Source of the DNA: Felis catus
Lineage: Eukaryota
Length of the DNA stretch: 64,000 bases
Reading direction: 5' to 3'
Assembly: GCF_018350175.1 (NCBI RefSeq)
Contig: NC_058368.1
Coordinates: 123,258,001 to 123,322,000 of the forward strand
Shown here: in pieces, positions 35,379 to 49,734 of the stretch
Layout: each line of letters starts with the position of its first letter
How positions within the stretch are numbered: position 1 is the first letter of the stretch
The notes under the pieces: model-generated
What the model was told of the DNA's origin: nothing
Database searches by the model: none
The model's input: only the letters and a program-made list of their open reading frames with translations
Made by a program: the position numbers and the translations under genes

Positions 35379-35601
35379 GGGGGCGCCTGGGTGGCGCAGT
35401 CGGTTAAGCGTCCGACTTCAGCCAGGTCACGATCTCGCGGTCCGTGAGTTCGAGCCCGCGTCGGGCTCTGGGCTGATGGCTCAGAGCCTGGAGCCTGTTT
35501 CTGATTCTGTGTCTCCCTCTCTCTCTGCCCCTCGCCCGTTCATGCTCTGCCTCTCTCTGTCCCAAAAATAAATAAACGTTGAAAAAAAAAATTAAAAAAA
35601 A
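35379..35601 (+). mobile_element. Very young feline SINEC
   Basis: CpG-intact; perfect TSD AAGAAATGTTTCAATTTAG at 35361 and 35602. Confidence 0.95.
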
Positions 35602-37769
35602 AAGAAATGTTTCAATTTAGGATGGTAGGAAAAGTAAGTATGCCAGCAAGAATTTTTATTGCCATCTGATTCAGAGCTAGCTCTGAATCACCTTGGGCCA
35701 CTGCACACTCCAAAAACACCATGACATTCCAGGAACTACTTGGTCCTGTCCCCTCATCAGTGCCCTTCAACCATCCTGACCAGGTAGACCATGCTTCAGC
35801 CTGCAGAGCTATTCAGTGTTCATACAGTCCATTGTCTTCCCACATCCATGTCTATTTGCCTGCCTTTTAGTTCAGTTGTATCCATACCTGTGTGTCCTCC
35901 TTTTCTCCAGCATGCCCCCTCCACTACCAACCAGCCTCACTTAACCACAGAACTCTTATTTATCCTTCAAGACTCATGGTTGTGCAGATTATCCTCTTTA
36001 AATGAGACCTTCTCTGATGATACTTAGAAAAATTAACTGGATCCTTATGCACTCATAGCACTTCAAAAACTAAACTGTTTCCAAATGAAATTTGAATTGT
36101 GTTATATGTATCTGACTTGCAAAACTGTGAGCTCTTGGAGTACAGGGATGGCCCAACGTTGCACGTACCAGATTGCCATTGGGAGGCGGAGGAAGGAAAG
36201 CCACACAAACCTCCAGAAACCACTGAGAAATGTCAACTTCAAAGAGGGGCATAGAAGGTTAGGAGGCAGCTTAGATAAGATGGCCAAAAGATTAATAAGT
36301 AAAGAATGTAAGTAAATATGAAAATATCTGTAGGAGAATTTAAAACAAAATAAGATAAACCCCCATCTTGCTTTCAAGATTGTTATAATCTTGTGTTGTA
36401 GAAAAAGCTACAGAACAACACTCCTCAGTAAATAGCATAGAAGAGCAATCCAGTACTGATTTCTGGGGAACAGGTGTATAGAGGTTCTAAGAGAGAGATG
36501 AATGACCAGCCGTGTGGACTCCAGCCGTGTCACCTTGAGCGCTCGAACTGATAAACTTGATGCAATCACCCAAGGTGATGCTGTGATGACTGGCCAAAAT
36601 GAGCGAGATGAAATGCTCTCGATAGGAGTCAAGGAAATGAACCACAAAAGGAGAGGATAACATGGAGATCATTTCCTATTTAAAGCGTGCTTTCTGTGTG
36701 TCCGCTGTGTCAGTTTCTAAAGTACTGACTGGGACAGTAGTGTGTTCTTCCCAGGTGTGTGAATTCATCCATCAGCACCTTTGTGTTCAGTTGTTGAACC
36801 AGTTACAGTAGTCCACTCCTGTATCTTTATACTTTCACAATTACAGCACGAGAGACTGTTCAACCCATTGTGTCTATTCTATACCTGAAATCTACCAGTC
36901 TAGTTACCTTGTCAAAGAAGAAAATGAGGTTATTCTGAACTTCTTTTGTTTTTTTTGTTTGTTTGTTTGTTTTTGGACTCCTAAGGAACAATGTCGCCCT
37001 TTCCTGGTGCTCCTAAAGTTATGCTGTGGTCACGTCTTCTTGAATCTTATCTGAATTGATATGGAGCTGCAACACTTAAATGTAAAAAAAGAGGTTTGGG
37101 GAGGCTTAGTAAGAAAACACACGTGCAAAATTCAACTGCAAAAACTGTGAATTCATGAAGAAATACACAAAAACATAAAAAAGAAAGAAAATTAGGAAGA
37201 CAGAAATCTTTGAATGAAATAGAAATTTTCTTAATACTGTGTTAAGATTCATAACATCAGTTAACTTGCAAAAGTCCTTACTTTATGACTTAGTTCGATT
37301 TCCATTGTGGCAAGAGTAATATAAGGAAATGTAGGTAGCCTTGATCACAATGAAATGGGATATGAAGGGAGTGTGGTTGGTGGAGCAAAGGCAGTGAATG
37401 GTGAAAGTTATATGAATTGAATAGAGAGAGAATTGCCACTCAATGATCTGCTGGTTGCAAAATCTGACTCCCAGTTTTTGATCGGCGGTCCATGTGTTCT
37501 TGCATGAGAGCGAGTATTAGGACCTAGTTCCTCTTTCTCAATAGAAAGCAGGTAAGTAAGTATATAGGGGATTGTAAATGACATTACAGTCCTGTTGAAA
37601 TATATCTGTAGGAAACCAACAAAATGAAAGGAATGGTAGAAAACTAGAGAGCAAACATCTACATGTGTAAAGGAAGGAAGAGGATAGATTTTGAGAAATG
37701 TTGCCTTACAATGGTAACTAGTGATCTCTGGTGAACATATAGTGCTTATTTTGTAAAAATCTTCTTTGT

Positions 37770-37980
37770 TGGATTGATGGCTCAATCGGTTGTGTCTGAC
37801 TTCAGCTCAGGTCATGATCTCACAGTCTGTGGGTTCAAGCCCCACATCAGGCTCTTTGCTGACAGCTCAGAACCTGGAGCCTGCTTCAGATTCAGTGACT
37901 CCCTCTCTCTCTGCCCCTCACCCCGTCTCACTCTGTCTCTGTCTCTCTCTCTTTCTCAAAAATAAATAAACATTTAAAAA
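37770..37980 (+). mobile_element. SINEC
   Basis: Body plus tail; TSD-like aaaaat(t)cttctttg. Confidence 0.85.
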
Positions 37981-38739
37981 TTCTTCTTTGCTTTTTGAAT
38001 AAATGTGGAATAAATGCTAAATACAAGACAGAGATTTGGAGGATAAAATATTAGTAAAATAGATCTAGACAAACAAATAGATGTCAGATGGGCATAATTT
38101 TACAAAGTAACACAGTTTTACAAAAAAAGTAAAGATACATATCAAAAGAATTAAAAAGAATAAGTAGAATTACTGTCAAAGCACAAGATTCTCAAACTCA
38201 GAATGCTTGCTAGGGCCAGCAACAAACAAGACGAATGAGTGAACCAATGACACATTTAAATGAAGCCCTTACCCTAAACTTCAGCTTAACTTTCACCCTG
38301 GCAATGAGGGGTCCAAAAAAAGTTTGAGACAATCTTCTGTTTTACATTTTGTTAAATATTCAAAATTTTAAAGTTATGGACTCTTTTAATTTTTTTAAAC
38401 CATTGTGTGGGTCAAATGAAATGCATCAATAAATCAGAGTTGATCTTCATGCTACCGGTTTAAGATGTCTACCTTAGAGGATTAAGAAATGTTCTGTGCA
38501 GTGTAATATAACTTGCACTTCTCATTGTGTGATATGTAGAATATAGGCATGTAGAATTTAGGCATGAAGCAATTAAAGAAAAGAACATCCCAAGCAAAAG
38601 CAACATCATGATGTAAGTTAGGAAAATACAAGTGTAATGGAAATAAATGAGAAACTATGAAGAACTTATTTTGAAAGGGGTGCTGAGTCTATGATGGGGA
38701 GGAACAGGAAATATGATAATATGAGCACTTAATAAAGAA

Positions 38740-39030
38740 GGTGAGGGTAGTCAGGAGTGTGCATAGATTCTTTCAAAGCAAGTCATGTCCAATATGCCTC
38801 GTCGTGTTTCACAAGGGTGGGAGCTTGATACCATGCCAAAAAATGTGAACATTGATTTCAGTAGAGTAACCTTGGAGATAACTTGATGAGATATCTTCAA
38901 CCCTGTTTTGTTCAACATTTGTCAGTGATGTTGATGATGATCAAGAAGACTTTTACTAGATTTATAGCTGATATAAAGTTGATAGGGATCACTAATGTGA
39001 TGTCATACTCAAACCTAAATAATTTTGAGG
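38740..39030 (+). mobile_element. Ancient CR1/L3-like fragment
   Basis: ttcaacatttgtcagtgatgttgatgatg...agatttatagctgatataaagttg resembles the CR1 RT region. Confidence 0.4.
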
Positions 39031-40199
39031 CCGAATGCAAAATTTTGATAAAACACTAAAGGAGGAGCTGAGGAAGTTAAGGAAATAAGTATAACATGCA
39101 TGTAAAGAACCCAGAAATCCACCTTATTACGAATATTAAGATTTGGAAAAACTAATGAACAACCCTCATATCATACAGTTCATGGCAGAAGTGGAATGAA
39201 TTCTTTGAGTCTATCTGGAATCAAAGTCTATGTTCTTTCTTATCCAGCACAGAACAGTAAGTATAAAAGTACCAGGTACTTTTCTTAGGAGAACTTTAGC
39301 TTATATTTTGTAGTGAGTGTAGTGAGTGAGAGATTGAGGTAAATGTCCTTTAAGGTCATAATTAATTATAAAAATCTATGTTTTATTGTTTTCTGATAAC
39401 ACAATAAAGAAGTTTGCACCTAATATACTCAGTAGAGTGGATCCAATTGTACATAAGCTAAGGTTTCTATGTCAAAGAATGAAATGTTCTTATTTCTATT
39501 GTTCTTTTCTTCATTTCACAATAATAGCAGAATACACTTGTTTTGCCAATGAAAGGTGTTTCCATCTCAGTTATAAAACAAACATTTTCTGAGCGCTTAT
39601 TAATTGCTAAGGATATTTGGAAGTACTGTAGATACCAGGAAATTTCCTCCCATAAAGCATTCAAGAAAAATTTAAATATAGTTTTTAAGGTTCTTCATTG
39701 GTTGCCTTTGAAATTTTTAGTGTCTGACATCTGACCTATAACTTTCTGTAAAAGACTTTAAGATTATGTGTATGGGAGCATGTATATGTCTATGTGTGTG
39801 TTACACCACACTCCTTAGAATGAAAATACTGAATGCTTGCCCAACACATGCCTTTCGTTCCCTCTTCTTCCTTTCCTCTCTTTCCTATCCGTACTCCTCA
39901 CTCCCCATTTCCTCCACCCGTGAAATTCACGTCTTTCAAAACTGTCAGGGAAGCAGTTAAAAGCAAATAATTCTTATTTTTGTTATTTTGTTCTTTTGCT
40001 TCACTTTTGATTAAACAGCAATATCTTACCTGATTACCAAATTCAATACAATATATTGACCGTTTCCAAAGACAGAAAATGCATCCTAAATTATGAGATT
40101 AATCAAATTAAAATTCCTAAAAATATGTTCTCTCCAAAAGAAAACAAATATCCTGAAATAAAAGGAACAATTTGTGAACTACATATGTATTTTCTTTGC

Positions 40200-40424
40200 T
40201 TTCTTCTTTTTTTAAGTTTATTTATTTATTTTGAGCGAGAGAGAGAGAGAGAGAGAGAGAGCAGGGGAGGGGCAGAGAGAGAGAGGGTGAGAGAGAATCC
40301 CTAGCAGGCTGCACACCATCAGCATGGAGCCCGATGTGGGGCTCAAACGTGCAAACCATGAGATCATGACCTGAGCAGAAACCAAGAGTCAGGAGCTTAA
40401 CTGACTGAGCCACCCAGGCAACCC
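40200..40424 (-). mobile_element. SINEC
   Basis: Reverse-complement SINE with (GA)n. Confidence 0.88.
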
Positions 40425-40529
40425 TGAATTCTGTATATTTTTCTCAAAGCTATTACTATAAAAGGAATTCCATTGTTTAGAAGTATGATTTTAAGTTATT
40501 TATAGAACCAACAAATCAGTCACCTGTGT

Positions 40530-40885
40530 TTATTTTTTATTTTTATTTTTTTATTTGATTATAGCCAACACACAGTGTTACTTAGTTTTAGGTGTACAAC
40601 ATAATGACTCAGTTTCTCTATACCTTACGCTGTCCTCTCCACCAACCTAGCAACTGTTACCATACCATGCTGTTACAATGTCATTGACTCTATTCCCTCT
40701 GCCTTTTATTCTTGTGACTTATTCATCCCATAATTGGAAGCCTGTATTTCCCACTTGCCTTCACCCATTTTGTTCAACTACCCACACTCTTTCTGGCTGG
40801 CAACTGTCAATTTGTTTTCTGCATTTATAGACTTAATTCTGCTTTTTGTTTGTTTGTTCATTTGTTTTGTTTTTAGATTCCACAA
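40530..40885 (-). mobile_element. L1 3' end fragment
   Basis: T tail, then ttagttttaggtgtacaacataatgactc. Confidence 0.75.
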
Positions 40886-42065
40886 AGGAGTGTTTAAACT
40901 GGGCACATTCGGCATGTTCTTCCAACACTTTAAATTGTTGTACTTTTCTTCATGATATTTTAAGTAGCTGTTTATGATTTGAAACTTTCTCATTATCATT
41001 ATACCCATTGTTTATTTTTGTTGTTATTCCCATAAAGAAAGCTATGGCATCCAACTCTTTGATCTCTCTTGCAATTAAATTGGCCATGATAGTCAATGGG
41101 TCTATGTATATGGACAGTGTATTTTCAAGGAGTTAAAACAAAAAGCTTTAGTATGACCATTCTTTTTTTACTTTACAGAGAAAAGGGAAATATTTAATAT
41201 ACTGTATTTCAAATATTTCTCGATTGGGTAACTTAAAAAAAACATTTTAAGTTTTTTGTTTAAATTCCAGTTAGTTAACATACAGTATAATTATTAGTTT
41301 CAGGTGTACAATATAGTGATTCAACACTTCCATACATCACCAGTGGTTCCAAACATAGTTTTTGCAAATAAAAAACATACATTGATGGACTCCCTTCTTC
41401 ATTTGACTTCAGAATTAAAACTCACTGGCATTTGACAACGGCAATTATTTTAAAAATTAACAAGCTGATCCCTCCCCAGAAAGTGCTTTTTCATATGTAG
41501 TCCTGGTGACAGTGTAGGATACCTATTTCTCTGGGGTACACCTTGGATGATGTGGACTTTGAAAATTCAAGTTACACCCAAGATTCCATTCCCTGGTAGT
41601 TACTCATCTGGACCACAGACATGCAGGACCTGTCTGAAAGAGACCTAGGCATCAAGCGGGCTCCACCAGTGAATCATCCCTTTAATACAGCAAAACCTTA
41701 GAGGGAAGAGCAGGGAGGATATATTGGTTGTTAGGAAAACGTAGGCTACAGGTGGAAAATGACATCCTCAATTATTAATAAGACCCAAGGTGCGAGTCAC
41801 ATAATTGTTCTAATTTTTAAGCATGATGGAGAGCATGAAGCCTTTCTTTAAGTTGGTAAGAGGTCCCAATAAATGCCTAAACTTTACAGATTTGCATGTG
41901 GTTTTAGAATGTGATTTATAAAGAAGGTGGAGATCCCAACTCCCTTGATCGTCTCTCTCTATATATATATATGTCTCATTGTGTGTTTTAGTGCTCTGGG
42001 AAGTGTCTTGACACAGAACCTGAGCTGGACAAAGCACTCTTGACCTGAGTGAGCTAACTGGCACC

Positions 42066-42123
42066 ATGAAATTATTGAGTGTCTTTCTGCTCCTGTCTCT
42101 GGCTCTTTTCAGCATTTTCTCAG
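42066..42123 (+). CDS. SPINK6: SPINK6 coding exon 1
   Basis: gcaccATG AAA TTA...TTC TCA G|gtgagt. Confidence 0.93.
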
Positions 42124-45100
42124 GTGAGTTTTTTTTTCTTAAAATTATAATCCAGTATTTATACTTAACTGGAAATAAGTGTATTTCTCTACCATATTTC
42201 ACAATTCTCACGATTTTGATATTTAGAAAATTCTGAGATCATAAAAATGATAATGATTGTGATAATGAAAATGGTGATAGTAATGATAAACATAACTTTT
42301 GTGTTGAGCATATACCATATTCCAGGCATGTACTAAGGGCTTTTATGCATTATCTCCAATACACATGGCAAGGTATCTATATTCTATATATAAAAAGAAG
42401 AACATGGCACAAAGAACTTAAGAAAATTGCCAAAGGACTTGTAACTAGTAAGTAGAATTTAGAATTTGAATCCAAGACTCCTAGACATTACAGTTGATAT
42501 TTGTTCCACAGAACTAGTCTGGAGGATGAGTAATCGTTGTAACTATTAGTTTGGCTTCTGAGACAAAAGGAAGATTTCCTGTCCTTATTATTCTTATAAC
42601 TGGACTGCAAATAACTGAAATTGAAGCCAGGAGGAAAAAGGCCACTCAGAGAATGCTCCAGAAAAGTGAATGAATCCTAAAATGCAGAAACATATAGGCT
42701 GGTAGTTAATTAATCCTTCAGGCAGGGGACTATCTTTTGTCACTTTAATGAGCAATGGTCATATATTCTATCAATTCAGACTGTTTACAGGGTCATTACA
42801 GTTCAATCTGGTATTTTTCATCACGGGATCATGTGCACAAACAGGGCCACTGTACCTATTTACTTCCTTCTTTATTATTCTCTTCTTTGCTGTTACAGTG
42901 GACAAAGCACATGCTAGAGACTCGAGACCCAACACCTAGGCCCAAATCTGCCACTAATGGCCTGTGTCACCTGGAGAAATAGCCCAACATTTTGAGATCT
43001 TCTCTCCTTTGTAGAATACTAGAAATGTGTGGGTTCTGGGAACTTCCATGTCTGATACAACATTTTCCAGTGACAAAAGTGGTTGAATTTTGCTGCTATC
43101 AGAGATTTTAAATGGCTGAACATGTAAAAAAACAAGAATTTTTCATTGAAACTAAGCAGATGGACAAGTCATGGTTTGCCGGGAACTGGTCATATTTATG
43201 TAAATAAATACACTTAGAAATATTTTTTTTTAATTGGATACAAGATTTCAGTGATGCTATTGAGTGAGTTTGACTACGTAAGCCAAACAGCTTGAGTGAG
43301 TGGTTCAGTCAACTGCTAAGGTGACATAAAAAATAGATCTATAACTACATTAAAATTTACTTACAAAGATAGTTTCAGAAATTAACTGATATCCTTTTAT
43401 TGCTTCTCTTTACAAAAGCTAATGGATATTCTCATTGGATCTGATTGGCCAACACCAAACACTAACACAAAACTGAGTCCCTCACAGACTTATCCGTATT
43501 TGGGAAAGCACTGGGCCTAAGAGTCTTAATGTGCCAAGGGAAATGAAGATCAGTCTTGGCATTTCCTTTTTACAGCTGTGTGATAACACTGCTGTGTGTC
43601 ATTTTCCCCTTCTATAAAATGAGAATGTAAAAGGGCTGGCCCTACATGGCGGTTTAAATGAGAAAATGCATGTGAAGTCCTTAACATAGTGAGTGGGGCA
43701 TAGTGAGAGTTCGACGAATGCCTATTAATATTGCCATTATTAAAGTTTAATAATAAGAATACTGGATTGGACTCAGACATTGTAAATATTAATTCTGCTT
43801 CTGCCTTGACATTTCCTACCTGGGAGACATTTGGTGAAATCTCTCCTCTTCTGATTAAAGATCTGTACAGTGGAGAAATGATGAAAAATTATAACAATGT
43901 ATTGTCATCAAAATCATTTGAACTGGTCATAAAAATATAGGCTTCCAGGCCCCATGTGATCTTATACAATGGAGTTTTCAAATGATTATACTTAGAATCT
44001 ATACTTTGTTGTTGTTTTGTTTTTGTTGTTGAAATTGTGCTTTACTTATTTTTTTAGTAGAGAAATCCTCTTTTTTTATTGAATATAGTGGGCACACAGT
44101 GTTACTTTAGTTACAGGTGTAGAACATAGTGATTCAACAAGTCGCATACATTATGCTCTGCTCACCACAATTGGAGCTACCATCTAGTAACCCACCACAC
44201 AGCTTACCGCAGTAAGGTTGGTAATCACTACAGCAGATGTTCATTAACTTCCTTTTAAATTTAAAAGCCTTGTGCTGACCAGAGCTAGAGAAGGATCACA
44301 CTTACTCATCCACTTTCTGTCATCAAAGTGGCCTTGGGCTTACATGGGAGAAGTGTTGTTGACATAGAAGTTCCACAGAAATGGCCAGAAATCAGCAGCA
44401 GCTTCTACCAGAACTGAACCTAAGACTTTTATATCAGTATTTTAAACCACTGAGCGAATTAGCCACAACCTAAAATTCACACACATAATCTTAAAGGTGG
44501 AGGGAGAGAGAGAAGCAAGACTGTATTTATGGACTTTTTTTCTCTTTCAGGAATTTAGAAAGATGTAGCAGGAGAATGAGTCATAGAGAAGAGAATGAGT
44601 TTGTCCTTAAGAGTCTATATTTGGGCCAAGTCTTGAAAGCTGGTTGAGTATAAAGGGCAGAAGTGCAATGTGGGGCTCAAAGAACAAACAAATGTAGTGC
44701 CTTCCCCAACTGCCTGTAACAAAGGCTTTGGGGAGGGACTCCACGCACTTGAATCCTAGAATGTCAAAGTTAGAGGAAATTTTCCAACCCAGCTTCCAAC
44801 CCAGTGAAGCCAGAGATGACAAGGTCATTTCCAGAGTAAATGAGTGACTCGACCAGGGCTGTCACATGAATTTCCAGACCCTTAAATTATTTCCTCTCGC
44901 CTCATCCCAACCTCCAGAAAATATTACCCCATCATAGTACGTGTGCTTATATCCCTTTCAAACTTTCTACTGCTCCCTAAGAAGTGAACACATATAAAAA
45001 ATAACACTACCATGCCATGATTTGTTGAGATGACCAAGAACCAAGAACAAGAATCATGCTGGGCTTGGGCGTGTCCTAATTTTGCAAATCTCTCTTTTTT

Positions 45101-48100
45101 GCACATTCAGAGACTACCTTGTTTGGATTTTGTGCTTTTTTTTTCAGGTGTCTTCAGTCAAGAAGGAAAGGTCAGTACATATTTTTTATCTTTTATTCAG
45201 ACGTGGGTGGTGTTTGGCTAGAATTCCCAAACCAAAGAGAGGTTTGCCTGTGGGTGAAAGAGCAGAAACAATGAACAAGCAGACCGAATGCAGAAATCAG
45301 AAGCAAATCCTTTTTCAACTGTAGCATCTCTACGAATATACTGTGTTCCACTTAAAAGAGCCTAAATGCCCATTCTCAGATTTTGTTAAAGTGAAATGAG
45401 TATAAATAAAAACAGGATGAATCTGTGATAGCACTGATTTCTATCACTCGTTTCACTGTGTGATCTTGGGCAAGTTACTCAGCTTCTCTGAGCTGTAATT
45501 TCCACAACTATAGAAAAGGGATAATATTATTCACCTCATAGAGTTAGATTTAAGTTAAATAAACTATGTGGGAGCATTTGGTAAAAGGATGACTTAGCGA
45601 TTAATCGTTACCAGTTTATCAAGGAGTTATTAGGACAGAGGCTGCTACTTTCTGTTTGGAAGCAAGGCAGCCGGCGGAGGCAGCTTGTTTAATGTTTTGC
45701 ACTGAGGATACACACACTGATTCACTCAAACTGAAATACAATTTGGGTTAAAAATAGGAACAGACACGAGTTATCTTCAAGATTTGGCTGATTAATCCAC
45801 CAACTTTTTTCCAGTTTTCTTGTTCTACCAAAAGACAACACAGATCATCAGTATTCGCTCTGCCAATCCTGTCCCTGTGTCTATACTGAACATTTTTACG
45901 TGACTTTTGGCCTTGGTTCTTGATTATCCTTGTTGTGCTCAAGAACTCTTGGCGTCCAAAGTTTCCAGATACCACTGCCAAATGATTGGAGTTAGCAAAG
46001 GAGCTGAAAAATATTTTCCAACCCTGGTATACCTACCACTTGCATAAAACTTTTTTTTATTTCAAATTTTAGCATCTCAGAAATTGATGCATGCCTTACA
46101 ATCGATGATGCCTTACAATTAACTGCCAGTGTGTGTGTGTCTTTGTGTGTGTGCACAAACACATGCACTTGTGTCCTAGTGCACGTGCACGTGTTTGTAT
46201 TGCTATATACATAATCGTACATTCTAAATTTGATTTATTCTTATGTTTAAATATATATGGTAGCACAGTCTATGTTAAATATCAAAACCAACAAACAGAG
46301 AAAGGACATCAGATCAAGACAAACATTTCATATCCCATTAGGTAGTGATATGTGATAAGGCTATTATACATACGTTTAAAATATATGAAATTTAACTCCA
46401 GCTTTCTCCTTAACACACAAGTTGCTCCTCTTCTTTCAGCTTGGAATTCCAGATGGGACTTTTAGTGTTTTCTAGGGCTCATTTAAAATCTGCAATTTAC
46501 TAATTCTATCCCTTTAGATGGACCCAAATCTTAGAGTCTGCTTCCCCGAGGATCACGGGGGATGCTTCCTCAGTATTCCAATCCCTAGACACCATGCCAG
46601 ACTTATTGAATAATAATCACACAGCTGGGGAGTTTTGAATCTACATTCTAGGTAATTATCTGATGCTAGGAAGCAGTGACTTTCAAACATTCAAACACAC
46701 TAGAGACAACATAGACCAGTCCTTGTTCGAATACTTACAGGCTGTCTCTTGCCTTCTCATTGTCTCTGTTTCCACATCCCTAAAATGAAAATATGGATTC
46801 AATGATCTCTAAAGCCTCTTCTGGCCTTAGGTATCTGAATCCTATGAAGGCTACTGTTTTTCTTCTGCGTGGCTGGAAGGATGGTGACAGTCCCATCAAC
46901 AGACAGAAGTTGAAACTGTCTTTAGGAGCATGCCTACTCAAGTTGATCTAGCCAGTACAAAGGGAGAAAGATTTTCTCTGACATCAAAGTCATTCTTCTG
47001 ATGCCAAGAAAGCTCTCCATGATGGAGCACCTGATGGGAAGTTAGAGTGAGCAGCTGAAATTATTGACTTGTAAAAGTTCCACATTCTTTCAAAGAGAGT
47101 GTTCAAACTAAACAAAAAGCATGTTCCTGGACTTTTGGAATTCAGAGTCTTGTAAAATTTTCCCCATAAATGTAAATGACTAATATGCTGTCAGCTCTTT
47201 AATTTGCCAAGTAGGAACATTAAGTAACATAAAAATAATATAGTAATAATAATAATTAAAAGTAAAACTACTATTTGCCCTCACCAGCCTTCATTAAAGA
47301 AATTATTGTATCATACCAAAGTGCTTGAATGACATAATCTCAAAATAAGAATAGTTTTTTTTTTATTTTTTTTAACGTTTATTTATTTTTGAGACAGAGA
47401 GAGACAGAGCATGAACAGGGGAGGGGCAGAGAGACAGGGAGACACAGGATCTGAAACAGGCTCCAGGCTCTGAGCTGTCAGCACAGAGCCCAACGCGGGG
47501 CTTGAACACACGGACTGTGAGATCATGACCTGAGCTAAAGTCAGACGCTTAACCGACCAAGCCACCCAGGCGCCCCAAGCATAGTTTTTTTAATGGAATA
47601 GATTTTTCTTTTAGAACTACTCCCTGCATTGTTTTATTTTTCTTATTTCCCTACCAAGCTGTGTATTTAGGAACATAATCTTAAGGATCTGTTTAAAAGA
47701 ATATTCCAGATTGAAATTAACATAACAAACTGCTGAAAACTAATAATCGTCAACCATTTCCTTTTTACAATAATTTTAAGATACATATATTTATTTCTGG
47801 TAGTATTTTTAAAATTATTTTTAATGTTTATTTATTTTTGAGAGTGAGAGAAACAGAGCACAAGCAAGAGAGAGACAGACAGAGAAGGAGACACAGAATC
47901 CAAAGCAGACTCCAGGCTCTGAGCTGTCAGCACAGAGCCTGACACAGGGCTCAAACTCACAGACCGTGAGATCATGACATGAGCCAAAGTCAGATGCTTT
48001 ACCACCTGAGTCACCCAAGTGCCCCTATTTCTGTTAGTATGTTAAGATAAAGGCATGGTAAATATTAGTATAGTTAGTAAAACAATGGTCTATGGCTAAA

Positions 48101-49693
48101 ATATGTTTGGGACAGTTCATTTTTCCTAATTAGCTTGCATTAATTTACAGTTAAGATACTGACAGAATAACTAAATACAACTTGGCAGTGTTAACCAGCA
48201 TCTATAACTACGGATAGGAGAACTCAGGCTTTAGAAAGAGGACCTATCTCCTTCAAGTTACCAACAGCAGTAAAACTGTGCAGTCAGCATCTTCGGATGC
48301 CAGACTCCATCCACATTGAGTGAGCTTCTGTAGCTGCGCACTACCTCTGATCAGCAGTAGAAAGCCATTGTGCCATACATGTGAATGCATAGTTTTCTTT
48401 TTTTTAATGTTTATTTGCTTATTTATTTTGAGAGAGTACGAGGTGGAGGAGGGCAGAGAGAGAGGGAGAGAGAAAGAATCCCAAGCAGGCTCCACGCCGT
48501 CAGCGCAGAGCCCAACTCCGGGCTCGATTTCACGAACCACAAGATCGTGACCTGAGCCGAAATCAAGAGTTGGACGCTTAACTGACTGAGCCACCCAGGT
48601 GCCCCAAGCAGCATAATTTTCTAAACAAATACATGCTATCGTTTACTATCCTCGCTTCTTAAGTAAAAAAGTACTATAATGAAAACAGTCATTTAAAATA
48701 AGCAAATTTGTCTCCACGTGCAGCAGGGATTTGGGAACTTGGAGGACTTAGAAACAGAGAGCATAATTCACTACCTTGGCTCAGGAAAGAAACGTTGAGG
48801 GTGGTGACAGGTCATAAATTTGGAATTGGTGAAGAGGGACGTAGGGTAAAGAAATACATGAAGGGTGATACTTGCAAAGGGAAAGAAGTGGCAGTGTTTT
48901 AACCTGAGGTAGGTTGAAGAATCTGAAGAATGGTGCTATGGTAAGAAGTGAAAAAAAAAAAAAACAACGAAATGTAGAACTAATTTGGAGGGAGAGATAA
49001 AGAGTTATAGTTTGGCATAATTTAATATGAAGTGTGAATGAAATCATTGACTAAAGTTGCCCTATATATTTCACCTATTCTCGCCTTTACTGAAAAATAC
49101 TCCCTATGCATATATATCAGCTCCTTTCTTTATCATACCCCTCCCTGACTTGGCTTCTGCTTCCCCTGTCTTCACACTCCTTCCACACACCAAAAGTGCT
49201 CTTTAAAAAAAAAAAAAAAAAAAAAGGCTGCTTTCAGGACATAGCCATTATTCATGATTTCTTTATGTGCTATAATTGATCACTCCAAATGTTTTTGGAA
49301 CTCTCCCCTGACTTCTACACTACATCAATACCCTGGCTCTCCAACTATTTCTCTTCTATTCCCTTTATTGTCTTTTCTGTTTTCTTCCCAAGTATTCACT
49401 ATGGGAATTTTCAAGAAAATTCTATGTATTTGATTTTTTCTCTCAGAACATGTATTTTCCCAGATGATACTGATGAGTTCCAGACCTTTTATCCCTTTAG
49501 TCTCCATCAAAATCTCAGACTAATTCCTCATTGTCAGAAATACACCGTCCTCAACATTTCTTTCCTGAGCCAATGCAGTGAATTCTGCTCTCTGTTTCTA
49601 ATTCCTCCAAGTTTCAAAATCCCTGCTGTATGTGCTGATTTTAAACAACTGTTTTCATTATAGTACTTTTTTGCTTAAGAAGTCCTACACTCT

Positions 49694-49734
<41 letters not shown>

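Noticed and set aside
19000..42000. Additional hidden Kazal exons or pseudogenes between SPINK14 and SPINK6
   Set aside because: A visual scan found no C-G-x-D/N...Y-x-N-x-C pattern. A translated HMM search with Pfam Kazal models would be needed to exclude degenerate remnants.
44530..44570. Acceptor-like site in SPINK6 intron 1
   Set aside because: In-frame TAG immediately follows; the real exon 2 is at 45148.
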